From: a virus
Length of the DNA: 64,000 bases
IMG/VR virus record: IMGVR_UViG_3300045988_108212
Coordinates: 93,286-157,285 of that record
Reading direction: 5' to 3' (one strand)
Both the position numbers and the translations under genes were made by a program. This document shows positions 25,823-34,713 of this stretch, piece after piece. Numbering within the stretch: the first letter of the stretch is position 1; every line of letters starts with the position of its first letter. Under the pieces are notes generated by a model. It worked only from the letters and a program-made list of their open reading frames with translations, ran no database searches and was not told the DNA's origin.

Positions 25823-26104
25823 TTAATTTTCATCATCTATAACTTCCATACAAACTTCTCGTGCTTTATCCCAAACATTGAGCATAATAGTTGCATCATG
25901 TACTGCTGTTGTTAATTCTTTTACCTCTTCTTTCAGTCTTTTATACTGTTTGAGTGAGATTTCTTGCGTATAGCTTTCTGCCTGAACCAACTTCATATGA
26001 ACAATTGCTAATGTTTTCGTCAGGCTAGATAAAGTTTGAGAAGCATCTTCATACTCTTGACATATTGCCACCATCATTTCTGTATCATATTTTTTATCAT
26101 TCAT
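25823..26104 (-). CDS. hypothetical protein
   Basis: GGAGATGGAAATT-ATG; helical. Confidence 0.6.
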   Translation of the reverse strand: MNDKKYDTEMMVAICQEYEDASQTLSSLTKTLAIVHMKLVQAESYTQEISLKQYKRLKEEVKELTTAVHDATIMLNVWDKAREVCMEVIDDEN

Positions 26105-26116
26105 AATTTCCATCTC

Positions 26117-26350
26117 CTATCTGCAAATAGATCCATCTGCATTGACAAGCTTATTTTCCATTTCTGCGTTGTTGTCTGCAATATTGTGTAACACATAATA
26201 CAGCAGATCATCTTTTTTAGACAATTTTCCAACGCTTTCGGTTAACATTTCCATATCTTCTTTATAATCATCTACAAACGTGTCATAGTCCATTCCTAAA
26301 GACATATTAAATAAGATGTTTGCGATTCTTTTTGCTTCTTTGTTTTCCAT
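26117..26350 (-). CDS. hypothetical protein
   Basis: GGAGAGTGATTAGTT-ATG. Confidence 0.6.
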   Translation of the reverse strand: MENKEAKRIANILFNMSLGMDYDTFVDDYKEDMEMLTESVGKLSKKDDLLYYVLHNIADNNAEMENKLVNADGSICR

Positions 26351-26364
26351 AACTAATCACTCTC

Positions 26365-27009
26365 CTATTCTTTAATCTCGTTTGCAATGTCGTTTCTTGT
26401 TCCTCTGATAGAGCATCCTTCTGTATCATGTCGCATCAGGATCTCGTAAATCTGTTCCTCCTCTTCCTCTGTTAGAGAAAATCCTCCCCAATATCCATAA
26501 TCATTCTCTCCGTGACACATAACGATTCCGATAATTTCCTGTTTTGTTTCTGCATTCATAATTCTTCCATCCTGTTCTTCTACGTCAATCCATTCTGGTT
26601 CTCCATCAATGTAACATCCGCAATCTTCTGCCCCAAACTCTAATTCAGTAGGGTTAAAAGTGATATTATCCATCATGTATGTTTTAATTTCATTTTTTGT
26701 AAGATCTACATTGTATTTTTCTGCAACCGCTGTGTAAAAATCATCAAGTATATACGCATCAGGGTTTTCCATGATACCGCTAATACTAAATTCTTCTGCA
26801 TAATATTTTCCGTTGATTTCTACGATGTCACGCCATGTGAATTTGTGTTCCTTAAATTCATTAATAATGTCACTTGCAATCATTCCAATAATCGGCTGTT
26901 TTCCGCATTGCTGTCGTTCTAGCTCGCAGTTAACTAATTCCAATACATCAATATCCAGTCCGTTCTCTGTTTTTACGATTGCACTATAATAATCTCTATA
27001 TTTGTTCAT
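26365..27009 (-). CDS. hypothetical protein, paralog of 27424-27867 with extra C-terminal domain
   Basis: MNKYRDYYSAIVKTENGLDIDV..FKEHKFTWRDIVEINGKYYAEEFSISGIM..DCGCYIDGEPEWID aligns with the 27424 product. GAGGTGGAAATT-ATG. Confidence 0.7.
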   Translation of the reverse strand: MNKYRDYYSAIVKTENGLDIDVLELVNCELERQQCGKQPIIGMIASDIINEFKEHKFTWRDIVEINGKYYAEEFSISGIMENPDAYILDDFYTAVAEKYNVDLTKNEIKTYMMDNITFNPTELEFGAEDCGCYIDGEPEWIDVEEQDGRIMNAETKQEIIGIVMCHGENDYGYWGGFSLTEEEEEQIYEILMRHDTEGCSIRGTRNDIANEIKE

Positions 27010-27048
27010 AATTTCCACCTCATATCTTTCTTCCAAATCTGCATTTTA

Positions 27049-27336
27049 TTATCCGACTAATTCTAAGTATCCAGCCTTCACAAGATCCTCTTTTTGTGAT
27101 AATGGCTGCGGTACATACTGCATACCCTTTTCTCGATCGTAGTCGTAATACCATACACTGTATTCTTCAATCGGTTCCAATATATGGATCGCAAGACTAA
27201 CTTCCATTACGTTTACCGCCTGAACGCAAGCGTTCTTCATATCTTCTAAACTACATAATGTGCTGTATTGTGGTTTTAATTTTTCCACAAAATCTTCAAA
27301 GTCTAATCTTTCATACTCTTCTCTGCTAACTTTCAT
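27049..27336 (-). CDS. hypothetical protein
   Basis: 95-aa ORF between the two paralogs. Confidence 0.6.
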   Translation of the reverse strand: MKVSREEYERLDFEDFVEKLKPQYSTLCSLEDMKNACVQAVNVMEVSLAIHILEPIEEYSVWYYDYDREKGMQYVPQPLSQKEDLVKAGYLELVG

Positions 27337-27362
27337 TCGTTCTTACCTCGTTTCTTTCCATT

Positions 27363-27394
27363 AAAAAAAGGAAGATACATTTCTGCATCTTCCT
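27363..27394 (-). terminator. rho-independent terminator
   Basis: The minus strand reads AGGAAGAT-N10-ATCTTCCT followed by TTTTTTT. Confidence 0.8.
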
Positions 27395-27423
27395 AGATTA
27401 CTTTGTTCTTATTTAATTTTCCG

Positions 27424-27867
27424 CTAGTCTATACACCATTCAGGCGTTCCGTCAATATAGCAACCACAATCTCCGGCAAGAATAATTTCCGTTGGATTTA
27501 ATGGTATATTATCCATTGTATATGTCTTAATATCCTTCGGACTAACATCATACTTCTTTGCTACAGCTTCTAAAAAATCATCAATCTGATATGTATTTTT
27601 ATCATCCATCAAACCACTAATCATGAACTCTTCTTCATATAATTTTCCATTGACTTGTACGATATCTTTCCATGTAAAATGATGTTTCTTGAATTCATTT
27701 AAAGTGTCTTTGGCAAACGATTTTCCAAAGCATCCATCTTTGCAATCGCAACTACTACAATCTATATAAGAATGATGATTGCAAGTATTATTACATTTGT
27801 TTACGTCAATATCTAATCCGTGATCTGTTTTTGTAATTGCATGGTAATAATCTTTATATCTAAGCAT
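27424..27867 (-). CDS. hypothetical protein, paralog of 26365-27009
   Basis: MLRYKDYYHAITKTDHGLDIDV..FKKHHFTWKDIVQVNGKLYEEEFMISGLM..DCGCYIDGTPEWCID. GGATGGTGGAAAAT-ATG. Confidence 0.7.
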   Translation of the reverse strand: MLRYKDYYHAITKTDHGLDIDVNKCNNTCNHHSYIDCSSCDCKDGCFGKSFAKDTLNEFKKHHFTWKDIVQVNGKLYEEEFMISGLMDDKNTYQIDDFLEAVAKKYDVSPKDIKTYTMDNIPLNPTEIILAGDCGCYIDGTPEWCID

Positions 27868-27881
27868 ATTTTCCACCATCC

Positions 27882-28220
27882 TTATTCACATTCTTTCTTT
27901 CCGATAAGCTGAATAATGCAACCAAAATCTCCAGCACGATATACTCTAATTTTGTCTGCCTTATAATCTGCCATCAATCCTACATCGTCATAGATTTTGA
28001 GCCATGCCCTGAATCCTGATGATGTTTCAAATTCCATCTCTAAGGTATAGTGATCTCCGATCTTTGCGTTCTCATCCACAATATAAGCATTATATCTTCC
28101 ATCACAACCAAAATTTAAGATATTCGCCTTCAATCCGTCTTTTGTTGTGCCTACAAAAATTAAAGCCGCAATATCACTATCCCCAATAAATTCTCTATCG
28201 TATTCTTTATATGATTTCAT
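27882..28220 (-). CDS. hypothetical protein
   Basis: GGAAGGTGGAAATT-ATG. Confidence 0.65.
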   Translation of the reverse strand: MKSYKEYDREFIGDSDIAALIFVGTTKDGLKANILNFGCDGRYNAYIVDENAKIGDHYTLEMEFETSSGFRAWLKIYDDVGLMADYKADKIRVYRAGDFGCIIQLIGKKECE

Positions 28221-28233
28221 AATTTCCACCTTC

Positions 28234-28713
28234 CTATTCTTCATAATTTTCTAAATCCCAATGTTCTTTTAAAAGCTGGATCACAAACTCAGGATATCCC
28301 ATAAAGTAATACCATTCATAAGATTCTTCTATCTGATCTAGTTCTTCTCTAGTAAGATCTTCACAATATTCTTCATTATATCCGTTTTCGTCTGCCCACG
28401 TTTCAAAATCCATTGCCGTTTTCTGAAAATCTTTAACCTTATCACTAATCCGTTGCAAGTCGTTCTCTTCAATCGTGATTAAAGGTTTTCCATAATCATC
28501 GTAAAGATCTTCCCACAAATCATTATTCCATTGGATCTTTGGTTCGTGCTGGATATAAATGTTTGTTAATCCGTTTACATTCAATCCCGTTGTAGCTACT
28601 AATTTTCCAGTTTCTTTTTCTACGCCATAAAACATTCCCGGTTTTACACAAAATCCACCGTAAGAGGCGTGTCTAAAATGTTCAGGCAAGATCAGTTCTT
28701 TGAACTCGTACAT
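28234..28713 (-). CDS. hypothetical protein
   Basis: AAGAAGGAAATT-ATG (MYEFKEL...). The longer ORF-track version (to 28845) would run through a promoter and a tRNA-like fragment. Confidence 0.6.
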   Translation of the reverse strand: MYEFKELILPEHFRHASYGGFCVKPGMFYGVEKETGKLVATTGLNVNGLTNIYIQHEPKIQWNNDLWEDLYDDYGKPLITIEENDLQRISDKVKDFQKTAMDFETWADENGYNEEYCEDLTREELDQIEESYEWYYFMGYPEFVIQLLKEHWDLENYEE

Positions 28714-28764
28714 AATTTCCTTCTTTCTGCCTATCAGGACTTTAAATATTAATAGTTTTCCTTT

Positions 28765-28793
28765 ATTATACACGATAATTTCCATCGTGAAAA
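28765..28793 (-). promoter_or_regulatory. candidate promoter
   Basis: The minus strand reads TTTTCA-17 nt-TATAAT, placed between the repeat region and the 28713 start. Confidence 0.4.
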
Positions 28794-28853
28794 GTGACGG
28801 GATAGGAATCGAACCCACCGATAAAAGCACTCTTTTATCTACCATACGCCACC

Positions 28854-28950
28854 GTTTTTCCGTTCCAATACGTCACTACCATCAACCAGTAGTACAGTCT
28901 TTCCGTTCATATAAAGTAACTATTAGCTTCAATAGTCGAGTCTTTCCGTT
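28854..28950. repeat. three direct repeats with 43-nt period (AGTCTTTCCGTT x2 exact, GTTTTTCCGTT x1)
   Basis: The copies begin at 28854, 28896 and 28939, in an intergenic region upstream of the candidate promoter. Confidence 0.7.
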
Positions 28951-28988
28951 ATGGTGTATACTCATATCATCATGAGTAGTAAAAGCCT

Positions 28989-29237
28989 TTAATTGGCTAT
29001 GTAACTAAATAATTCTGACGGATCTTCTTTTAAAATTTCCGTCATGCCGTTAATTGCTTCTTCTTGCGTTCTGTATTTCCGAAAAATTCCGAACGTGTTC
29101 TTGAATAATAAGAAGTATTTGTAACCATGTAAGCTATCATCAATTCCAGCGTTCGGAGGATTTTCCGTAAAGTATAACGTGTGATACTTGCGTTCTACGT
29201 GACACGCTAATGATTCCATAGTTGTTCTGCGACTCAT
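28989..29237 (-). CDS. hypothetical protein
   Basis: GTAGGTGGAAAGA-ATG. Confidence 0.6.
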   Translation of the reverse strand: MSRRTTMESLACHVERKYHTLYFTENPPNAGIDDSLHGYKYFLLFKNTFGIFRKYRTQEEAINGMTEILKEDPSELFSYIAN

Positions 29238-29253
29238 TCTTTCCACCTACTTT

Positions 29254-29442
29254 CTAATCTTCTTTATATTTAAAATAAACGTCTACATTGTTCTTATCAT
29301 CGTGGCTCCAACTAGATCCAACGTATTTTCCACTCATACCACAATCTTCTAAATCGTACTCACAACATAAGTCATTGTATTCATCGGGCGTATTACAAAA
29401 AATTTCTGTTCTACCATCTGTATAAGTGTTTCTTACGATCAT
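29254..29442 (-). CDS. hypothetical protein
   Basis: GTAGGTGGAAATT-ATG. Confidence 0.6.
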   Translation of the reverse strand: MIVRNTYTDGRTEIFCNTPDEYNDLCCEYDLEDCGMSGKYVGSSWSHDDKNNVDVYFKYKED

Positions 29443-29451
29443 AATTTCCAC

Positions 29452-29910
29452 CTACTTTCTTGTATTTAACATTTTCTTTCTAAAATCTTTTATTTGTTCC
29501 ATCGTTAACCATTTAGGTTTTTGTTCGTCTGTAAATGAATTCCATATTTTTTCCATCTCATCGCAATGTTTTTCAATGCTTTCTTTATATAAGTATTTCT
29601 TACAACCGTTTCCATTTCTTAAGAAGTATTCGCAATCTGCTTTTAATCTACTTAGAAACTGATAATCACGTTCTCTAAGATTCCTTGAAAATGGTTTATC
29701 GCATTTGATTTCTTGCATTACTGACTGATTTGGTTCACCACAAATATCTCCAAGTTCATCCATGTAAGCACCAGTGTATAAGTCAAGTCCATTTTTCCCA
29801 TCGTTTATGTCAAAATATAGCTTTTCGTTTTCATCTTTATAGCATGGATATTCCATAAATCCACCACCAAAACCGACGAATTTTACTGTTAATGTATTTG
29901 TATTTTCCAT
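29452..29910 (-). CDS. hypothetical protein (C-terminal half resembles domains seen in conjugative-element leading regions)
   Basis: GGCGGTGGAAAC-ATG. The RERDYQFLSRLKADCEYFLRNGNGCKKYLY..KPKWLTMEQI pattern is recalled from plasmid/ICE polyvalent proteins; no family name is asserted. Confidence 0.6.
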   Translation of the reverse strand: MENTNTLTVKFVGFGGGFMEYPCYKDENEKLYFDINDGKNGLDLYTGAYMDELGDICGEPNQSVMQEIKCDKPFSRNLRERDYQFLSRLKADCEYFLRNGNGCKKYLYKESIEKHCDEMEKIWNSFTDEQKPKWLTMEQIKDFRKKMLNTRK

Positions 29911-29925
29911 GTTTCCACCGCCCTT

Positions 29926-30198
29926 CTATAATCTTTCCATCAGTTCTACGGCTAAGATATACGCTACATACTTCCATACGTTCACATATCCGTTTAGATC
30001 TTCCAGCTTGCATTGTAATACCGTATGGATCATTCCATCGCAGAAGCCCTTGCTTTTAAGTTCTGCGATAAGATCTTTCTTTGCGATCGGTGGCAAGGCT
30101 GCGACTCTGATTTTTCCAATGTCAAAAGTGTTACGTTCTTCCTTTTCCACTGTCTGAATCACTACCATGTTTGTTCTTGTCATCTTTAAAATTTCCAT
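29926..30198 (-). CDS. hypothetical protein
   Basis: GGAGAATAATT-ATG. Confidence 0.6.
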   Translation of the reverse strand: MEILKMTRTNMVVIQTVEKEERNTFDIGKIRVAALPPIAKKDLIAELKSKGFCDGMIHTVLQCKLEDLNGYVNVWKYVAYILAVELMERL

Positions 30199-30208
30199 AA
30201 TTATTCTC

Positions 30209-30445
30209 CTATTCTTCCTCATCTTCTATACATTCGCCACAATCTATTGCTTCATCTTTACAAGCATACAATATACCGCCAAATCCACAGTTACACTCCC
30301 AATCCTCAAACAATTCCTGGATAGAATCTCCATCGTTCATAAAATATCTGTCCATAGATTCCATTAAATCTTTTAATGAAAAACCGTGATCAATCATCCA
30401 TTGTAACTGATACTGTTCATAAGTTTGTTTCTTTGAAATTTCCAT
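30209..30445 (-). CDS. hypothetical acidic Cys-containing protein
   Basis: GGAAGGTACACAAA-ATG. Confidence 0.6.
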   Translation of the reverse strand: MEISKKQTYEQYQLQWMIDHGFSLKDLMESMDRYFMNDGDSIQELFEDWECNCGFGGILYACKDEAIDCGECIEDEEE

Positions 30446-30462
30446 TTTGTGTACCTTCCTTT

Positions 30463-30768
30463 TTATAAATCATTTCTTAATGTTGTTAAATTCCATTCAA
30501 TAAATGACGAATCATCGTTTACTTGTTCAATACGTGCAAAACTTCCATCATCGGATATATCGACAAATAATCCATAATCACTATAATCCTTTTCAGAAAC
30601 ACTCATATCAATTTCCAATTCTCTACATTCTATGTTCAATTCATCCTGATATTGTTTTCTAATAAATGCAACCGCTTCTTCTTCTGTACTAAAAACATAA
30701 AGCGGTGAATCACAATCAAAACTGTAATAAACAGATACAAAGTATAAATCTTTTAAGTTCTTTTCCAT
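30463..30768 (-). CDS. hypothetical protein
   Basis: CAGGAGGAACGATAGA-ATG. Confidence 0.6.
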   Translation of the reverse strand: MEKNLKDLYFVSVYYSFDCDSPLYVFSTEEEAVAFIRKQYQDELNIECRELEIDMSVSEKDYSDYGLFVDISDDGSFARIEQVNDDSSFIEWNLTTLRNDL

Positions 30769-30785
30769 TCTATCGTTCCTCCTGG

Positions 30786-31001
30786 TTATTTCCACCAATT
30801 TTTATATACTTCTATAATGTCATCAGAATTATTTTCAAAATCTTTTCCATGCTTATAGATTGATATATCAGTTGCTTTAATCTCATCACTATGTAACCAC
30901 TTCATAGTTTCTCTAAGTTGTTCATACCCGTAAACTTCATAGCTATCCCTATACCCATTCTTATCTTCATAATAGATAAGATACGTTGCACGATGATTCA
31001 T
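30786..31001 (-). CDS. hypothetical protein
   Basis: GGAGGATGGAAGATT-ATG. Confidence 0.6.
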   Translation of the reverse strand: MNHRATYLIYYEDKNGYRDSYEVYGYEQLRETMKWLHSDEIKATDISIYKHGKDFENNSDDIIEVYKNWWK

Positions 31002-31015
31002 AATCTTCCATCCTC

Positions 31016-31249
31016 CTATGCCGTAATCAGTTCATAATCTTCCAGTAGCTCCATCAGGTTTGCTTTTTTCCATCTATGCAACACTCGATCACCCGTTTCA
31101 TTTCTAATCGGTTTGGCAAGCTGATTCCCATTGTGATCTTTCTTCCATTGCATAAATTGTTTAACTGAATTGTGATAATGTCCATCGTTGTGGACTTCTA
31201 TGTATTTGTTCTCATTCCTTTTGTTTCTGTATATAGTAATCGTTGTCAT
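31016..31249 (-). CDS. hypothetical protein
   Basis: GGAGTGTAAAACT-ATG. Confidence 0.6.
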   Translation of the reverse strand: MTTITIYRNKRNENKYIEVHNDGHYHNSVKQFMQWKKDHNGNQLAKPIRNETGDRVLHRWKKANLMELLEDYELITA

Positions 31250-31253
31250 AGTT

Positions 31254-31538
31254 TTACACTCCTTCCTTAACTTCCATTGCCATCCAATCAGCTTTCTTGA
31301 TCTTTTCCATACCGTGGAACACTAAGAAGCCGTTTACATGGTTCATAGTTGTTGGGCTGTAATCGTTCCACAATCGGATAAGTTTTCCGTTGACTAACTT
31401 ACAGACAATAGTTTCATATGATTTAAGCTCGTAACCATTGTCGATAACTCTTTCTTTTGCTTTACCGTAAAAACTCTTTCTTCCAGTAAGACAAGGAATA
31501 TCATAAAATCCAGTGTACATTGTATTTTCTTTTCTCAT
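31254..31538 (-). CDS. hypothetical protein
   Basis: GAAGGTTAGAACT-ATG; the start was chosen to avoid overlap with the upstream gene. Confidence 0.55.
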   Translation of the reverse strand: MRKENTMYTGFYDIPCLTGRKSFYGKAKERVIDNGYELKSYETIVCKLVNGKLIRLWNDYSPTTMNHVNGFLVFHGMEKIKKADWMAMEVKEGV

Positions 31539-31554
31539 AGTTCTAACCTTCTTT

Positions 31555-32163
31555 CTATCTGATTTTTCCATTATCTGCGATCGCTTCTACGTCATCACAG
31601 TAACTATTACAAGGATTCCATACACAATAGCTTGTTACGTGCTTTCCTTTTCTTACACGTTTGTTATACGCAAGGTAGTAACCTTTTCCATACGTTCCAT
31701 GTTTACCTCCGGCAGAAACACTTTTAATAATTTCCACATAAATCGTATGCTTTACAGCACGTTCACGAATCATTTTATCGGTTAATTTTCCAGTGCTGAT
31801 ATACTTTACTCTATAGGCTTTTAAGTCGTACTCGTGGCGTATATAATCGTTTACAAGCTGGATGTTTTTATTCTTTGCATTGATCTTTACAATAGAATCA
31901 TCGAGCTTGTTTTTTGTTCTATGAGTGTTAAATTTTACAATGACAACGGTAGTCCCTGGATAGGCATATGATTCCTTGCGAACTTTCCAGCAATAACCAT
32001 CTGCCGTATCAATTGTACCGTCACTGTTATAAATGCCGTTTATCGTTCTGTACGTGCTTCTTTTTGTCTTTGCGTGTACAGTATTTCCAAAGATTAAAAA
32101 AGCCGTAAACATGAGTGCTACAGCTAATAGGATCTTGATTGTTTTGTTCTGTTTTGTTCTCAT
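31555..32163 (-). CDS. secreted or membrane-anchored protein
   Basis: MRTKQNKTIKILLAVALMFTAFLIFGNTVHA is a signal peptide/anchor. GAAGGTAAACACACA-ATG. Confidence 0.65.
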   Translation of the reverse strand: MRTKQNKTIKILLAVALMFTAFLIFGNTVHAKTKRSTYRTINGIYNSDGTIDTADGYCWKVRKESYAYPGTTVVIVKFNTHRTKNKLDDSIVKINAKNKNIQLVNDYIRHEYDLKAYRVKYISTGKLTDKMIRERAVKHTIYVEIIKSVSAGGKHGTYGKGYYLAYNKRVRKGKHVTSYCVWNPCNSYCDDVEAIADNGKIR

Positions 32164-32182
32164 TGTGTGTTTACCTTCTTTC

Positions 32183-32578
32183 TTAATATTCAAAATTCGG
32201 AAATAGTTCGTATAAATCTTCTTCATCTATGTATTTTCCATTAATTGTGATACTAACGGCATAGGATACAAAATATTTTCCATTATCATCTTCTAAACCA
32301 TCATCATCTTCTTGTTTCCAAAAAGAAAAGCAACTACCACAAATACAAATATCTTTTGCTTCTAAATTGTTAATAAAATGCTGATTGATTTCATTAAGAA
32401 CGAATTGTTCAAAATTGAAATTTTCCGCTTTTGCTAATGTGGATTTTCCCGTTAACCAGTCTGCATCTTTTCCACGTAAAGGATCAATAAGTTCTCCATG
32501 TTCATTCTCTTGAAATATGTCGGCAGAAATCCCATGCAATTTAATTGTGTCAAGTTCTCTATATTTTTCAAAATTCAT
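32183..32578 (-). CDS. hypothetical protein
   Basis: GAAGGTAAATGATT-ATG. Confidence 0.6.
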   Translation of the reverse strand: MNFEKYRELDTIKLHGISADIFQENEHGELIDPLRGKDADWLTGKSTLAKAENFNFEQFVLNEINQHFINNLEAKDICICGSCFSFWKQEDDDGLEDDNGKYFVSYAVSITINGKYIDEEDLYELFPNFEY

Positions 32579-32596
32579 AATCATTTACCTTCTTTC

Positions 32597-32788
32597 TTAT
32601 TCTGTATCTGTATCATCATCAAAAAATCCAACGCAAGCAAGCATATAGACAGCGGTAATCATTACCAACAACGCTTCTAATATAAAGGCTTGCGGGATCT
32701 TTATAAACGCAATAATAGCCATTGCAATTCCTACAATCGCAACGGCTATATCTATCGGTTGTGGTTTATGTAATTGTATTTTTTCCAT
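32597..32788 (-). CDS. small membrane protein (2 TM)
   Basis: IAVAIVGIAMAIIAFI and ALLVMITAVYMLACVGFF. Confidence 0.6.
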   Translation of the reverse strand: MEKIQLHKPQPIDIAVAIVGIAMAIIAFIKIPQAFILEALLVMITAVYMLACVGFFDDDTDTE

Positions 32789-32803
32789 TGTTCTTTCCTC
32801 CTC

Positions 32804-33055
32804 CTACTCGTCAACTCTTTCTATCATAAAATTACCACCGTGATATAAGTTCAGTCCGTGATTTCCACCAGTGATATACATATCATCAGTGATCCCATCA
32901 CGTTCTATATCTTCATCTGAAACAAATACGCCCATATTTCCATTAGATTCTAGTTGATCGATCGCAAGATCTAAGATTGCACCATAATTCGTTGTAGGTT
33001 CGTCAACTGTTACAAGTTCGCTGAAATAACCAAAAATCACTTTATATTTTGTCAT
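32804..33055 (-). CDS. hypothetical protein
   Basis: 83-aa ORF with GAAGGAAGGATATT SD. Confidence 0.6.
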   Translation of the reverse strand: MTKYKVIFGYFSELVTVDEPTTNYGAILDLAIDQLESNGNMGVFVSDEDIERDGITDDMYITGGNHGLNLYHGGNFMIERVDE

Positions 33056-33103
33056 AATATCCTTCCTTCTGCCCTTTACGGGACTTTATTTCTTTATAAG
33101 TTC

Positions 33104-33137
33104 AATAAAATAGACAAGTCGTGTTTTGACTTGTCTA
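33104..33137 (-). terminator. rho-independent terminator
   Basis: The minus strand reads TAGACAAGT-N8-ACTTGTCTA followed by TTTTATT. Confidence 0.75.
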
Positions 33138-33148
33138 TAATATTCAAT

Positions 33149-33511
33149 CTATAAATACGCCACAAACTCTGAAAAATCAACCGTATCATATAAGTTCTTG
33201 ATTTTCTCATGATATACATTGTCAAGTTCTTCTTGAGTATCTACCCACGGCATACCATTAAAAACCTTCTCAGCTTCTTGTAAGATATACTGTTTTGCTA
33301 ATGGCTGTAAATCACAAACAACCGTTTCTGCTTCTTTATGTGGGCAAAACGGTTCAATAAGATCCTTTCTTATGTTATCTTGAATATAACTTTCCAAACT
33401 TGAACCGTTCTTTTTATCATCTGATTTATTAAAAAATTCTAACAGTTGTCCAACCGTTAGAATTTTAATCTCATTGTCATCATATTCATCAGCATATAAA
33501 TATTGTTCCAT
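33149..33511 (-). CDS. hypothetical protein
   Basis: 120-aa ORF with AAAGGAGTG SD. Confidence 0.65.
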   Translation of the reverse strand: MEQYLYADEYDDNEIKILTVGQLLEFFNKSDDKKNGSSLESYIQDNIRKDLIEPFCPHKEAETVVCDLQPLAKQYILQEAEKVFNGMPWVDTQEELDNVYHEKIKNLYDTVDFSEFVAYL

Positions 33512-33535
33512 AATTCAAACACTCCTTTTATTTCT

Positions 33536-34048
33536 CTAATATGGCTTAACAATAGTTCCATAGATTGCATGGAACAAAGTATTTTCATACTTTTCATTTT
33601 CACAACCACTTAATTTTTTTAGCTGATTTCTCATATTTTCATATACTTCCTGGAATTCTGTATATGCTTTTTTAGATACTTCTAACTGTTTTTCTAATGA
33701 AACAAGATTGTCTTTTAAATCGTCAATCCTATTATTGATCTTTTCTTTAATCTGATTTACGTCATAAAGAATAGGTATATATTGCCTATTCTCGTATTTT
33801 GTTTCGTGGCAAAAAATAGAGTCGTGTTCATAACCGCTGGACTCAGACCATCCACAGATTGATAATTCTGCACTATTATCTTTTGCCGTATATGTAGCTC
33901 CGTCAAAATTCTTTGACATATTTTTGAATGGTGCACCATCTTTTTTGGTTGGATATGTAACTTTCTCCCATTTTTCAATTAAGCACTTTGTTCTTTCGAT
34001 CTGTCTTTTGATTTCTGTCTGAATTCCATCTAAATCATAATAGTTCAT
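33536..34048 (-). CDS. hypothetical protein
   Basis: 170-aa ORF with AAGGAGGTATATT SD. Confidence 0.65.
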   Translation of the reverse strand: MNYYDLDGIQTEIKRQIERTKCLIEKWEKVTYPTKKDGAPFKNMSKNFDGATYTAKDNSAELSICGWSESSGYEHDSIFCHETKYENRQYIPILYDVNQIKEKINNRIDDLKDNLVSLEKQLEVSKKAYTEFQEVYENMRNQLKKLSGCENEKYENTLFHAIYGTIVKPY

Positions 34049-34059
34049 AATATACCTCC

Positions 34060-34608
34060 TTAATTTACAATTGAAATGTAGCCGTTGAATGCTGTAGAAT
34101 TAACATACCAACCACGAATATTCATTTCACGACTGAATTTTTCATAATCAAAATAATTTGATACACTTGTTGGAATATTTTCAAGTAGTCCAGTATTATC
34201 AACATACTGATAAGCAACGTCTTTCATGCTGTCGCAATCTGAATAGATGATATAGTTACCATCTTCTACAATGTCAAAGGCTTCATCTAAAGTTGATGTT
34301 TCTGAACTAATTTCATTAAATACCGTTCTTTCTTCATCTGAAAGTTCTGAATACCGTTCTCCAATTTCCTGGAGTCTTGAAAGTGGTGTGTATTCTCCTA
34401 AGTCCGTTGTATCAAACTCTGCATCATAATCAGCGATAAAGTATTCTTCATATTCTGCACCAATGCCGATTTCTTTCAAGATGTTTTTGATTTCGTCTTC
34501 ATCAGCAAGTGGGAAATTTACAGCTTTATCAATGATTTCTCCTTCATTGTATTTCCCTAAGTTTGTAACCCATGCTGTAAAACCGTCTTTATTTGTGTTC
34601 GTGTTCAT
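34060..34608 (-). CDS. ardA: ArdA anti-restriction protein (DNA mimic)
   Basis: WVTNLGKYNEGEIIDKAVNFP..EYEEYFIADYD..IIYSDCDSMKDVAYQYVDNTGLLENIPTSVSNYFDYEKFSREMN matches the Tn916 Orf18/ArdA blocks (LGKYNEGEL, EYEEY.I.DYE, I.HSDCDDMYDVA.YY.E.TG). Confidence 0.9.
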   Translation of the reverse strand: MNTNTNKDGFTAWVTNLGKYNEGEIIDKAVNFPLADEDEIKNILKEIGIGAEYEEYFIADYDAEFDTTDLGEYTPLSRLQEIGERYSELSDEERTVFNEISSETSTLDEAFDIVEDGNYIIYSDCDSMKDVAYQYVDNTGLLENIPTSVSNYFDYEKFSREMNIRGWYVNSTAFNGYISIVN

Positions 34609-34713
34609 GATAATACCTTCTTTCTTTAGTTACCCGACTTATAAAAGCGGGATTTTGTTTATAAGTACAATTAAAGACACAACTCTTGTTGTGTCTTGTA
34701 TTCTACTTATAAA

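Noticed and set aside
28793-28875. A full tRNA gene on the minus strand around the GGTTCGATTCC motif.
   Set aside because: Only the T arm and the acceptor 3' strand are convincing. The best 5' acceptor partner pairs at 5 of 7 positions. The putative anticodon arm is an 8-bp stem with a 4-nt loop, and no D arm can be drawn. I kept it only as a tRNA 3'-fragment observation.
24284-32584. Recurrent 'MEI(I/M)M...' / 'MEL.M' N-termini in ORF-track translations might be a shared signal peptide or domain.
   Set aside because: This is the translated extended Shine-Dalgarno region (GGTGGAAATT-ATG). The real starts are the downstream ATGs, so the similarity is at the ribosome-binding-site level and not in the proteins.
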